NCBI GenBank assembly: GCA_951406725.2
Contig: OX597829.1
Coordinates: 5,580,001-5,644,000 of the forward strand
DNA length: 64,000 bases
DNA from: Octopus vulgaris
Taxonomy: Eukaryota
Direction of reading: 5' to 3'
This document shows, piece by piece, positions 63,845 through 64,000 of this stretch (position 1 is its first letter; the number at the start of each line of letters is the position of its first letter). A program made the translations under genes and the position numbers. The notes beneath the pieces were generated by a model. It saw only the letters and a program-made list of their open reading frames with translations, searched no databases and was not told where the DNA came from.

Positions 63845-64000
63845 ACACTACGGGCTTCTTTCAATTTCCATTTATCAAATCCACTCCCAAGGCTTTAGTC
63901 AGCCCGAAGTTAGAGTAGAAGACACATGCTCAAAGTGTCACACAGTGGGACTGAACCTGGAACCGTATGACTGGGAAGCAAGTTTCTTACCACACAGTCA
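63845..64000 (-). mobile_element. CORE-type SINE head half
   Basis: acgggcttctttcaatttcc..cagtgggactgaacc..ttaccacacag. Confidence 0.85.

Overview
Eukaryotic, AT-rich and extremely repeat-dense DNA, most likely from an octopod cephalopod (Octopus-like). The species call is an inference from the tRNA-derived Nin-domain and CORE-type SINEs and the microsatellite load. No host protein-coding gene can be supported, and most ORFs in the track are microsatellite artefacts. The window is a mosaic of: (i) a dozen or so decayed R4/Dong-type non-LTR retrotransposon pieces stacked in (TAA)n arrays; (ii) Tx1/L1-clade LINEs abutting microsatellites, one of them young (43.1-45.3 kb); (iii) CR1-like and RTE fragments; (iv) three SINE families; (v) non-autonomous Helitrons and a Helentron-type HINE; (vi) a DD37D maT transposon; (vii) Penelope-like fragments carrying minimal hammerhead ribozymes. 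The best leads are a ~890-bp fold-back structure with two outward-facing hammerhead motifs around a palindromic microsatellite (33.1-34.0 kb), a four-copy non-coding, structured, (TAA)n-associated retroposon that may parasitise Dong, a ~70-bp otherwise unique segment present at both 50.7 and 55.4 kb, a DR4+DR3 nuclear-receptor site in an enhancer-like island (25.6 kb), and a higher-order (CCA)n array that might encode a Gly- or Pro-rich protein. All calls come from reading the sequence by eye; element boundaries are approximate.
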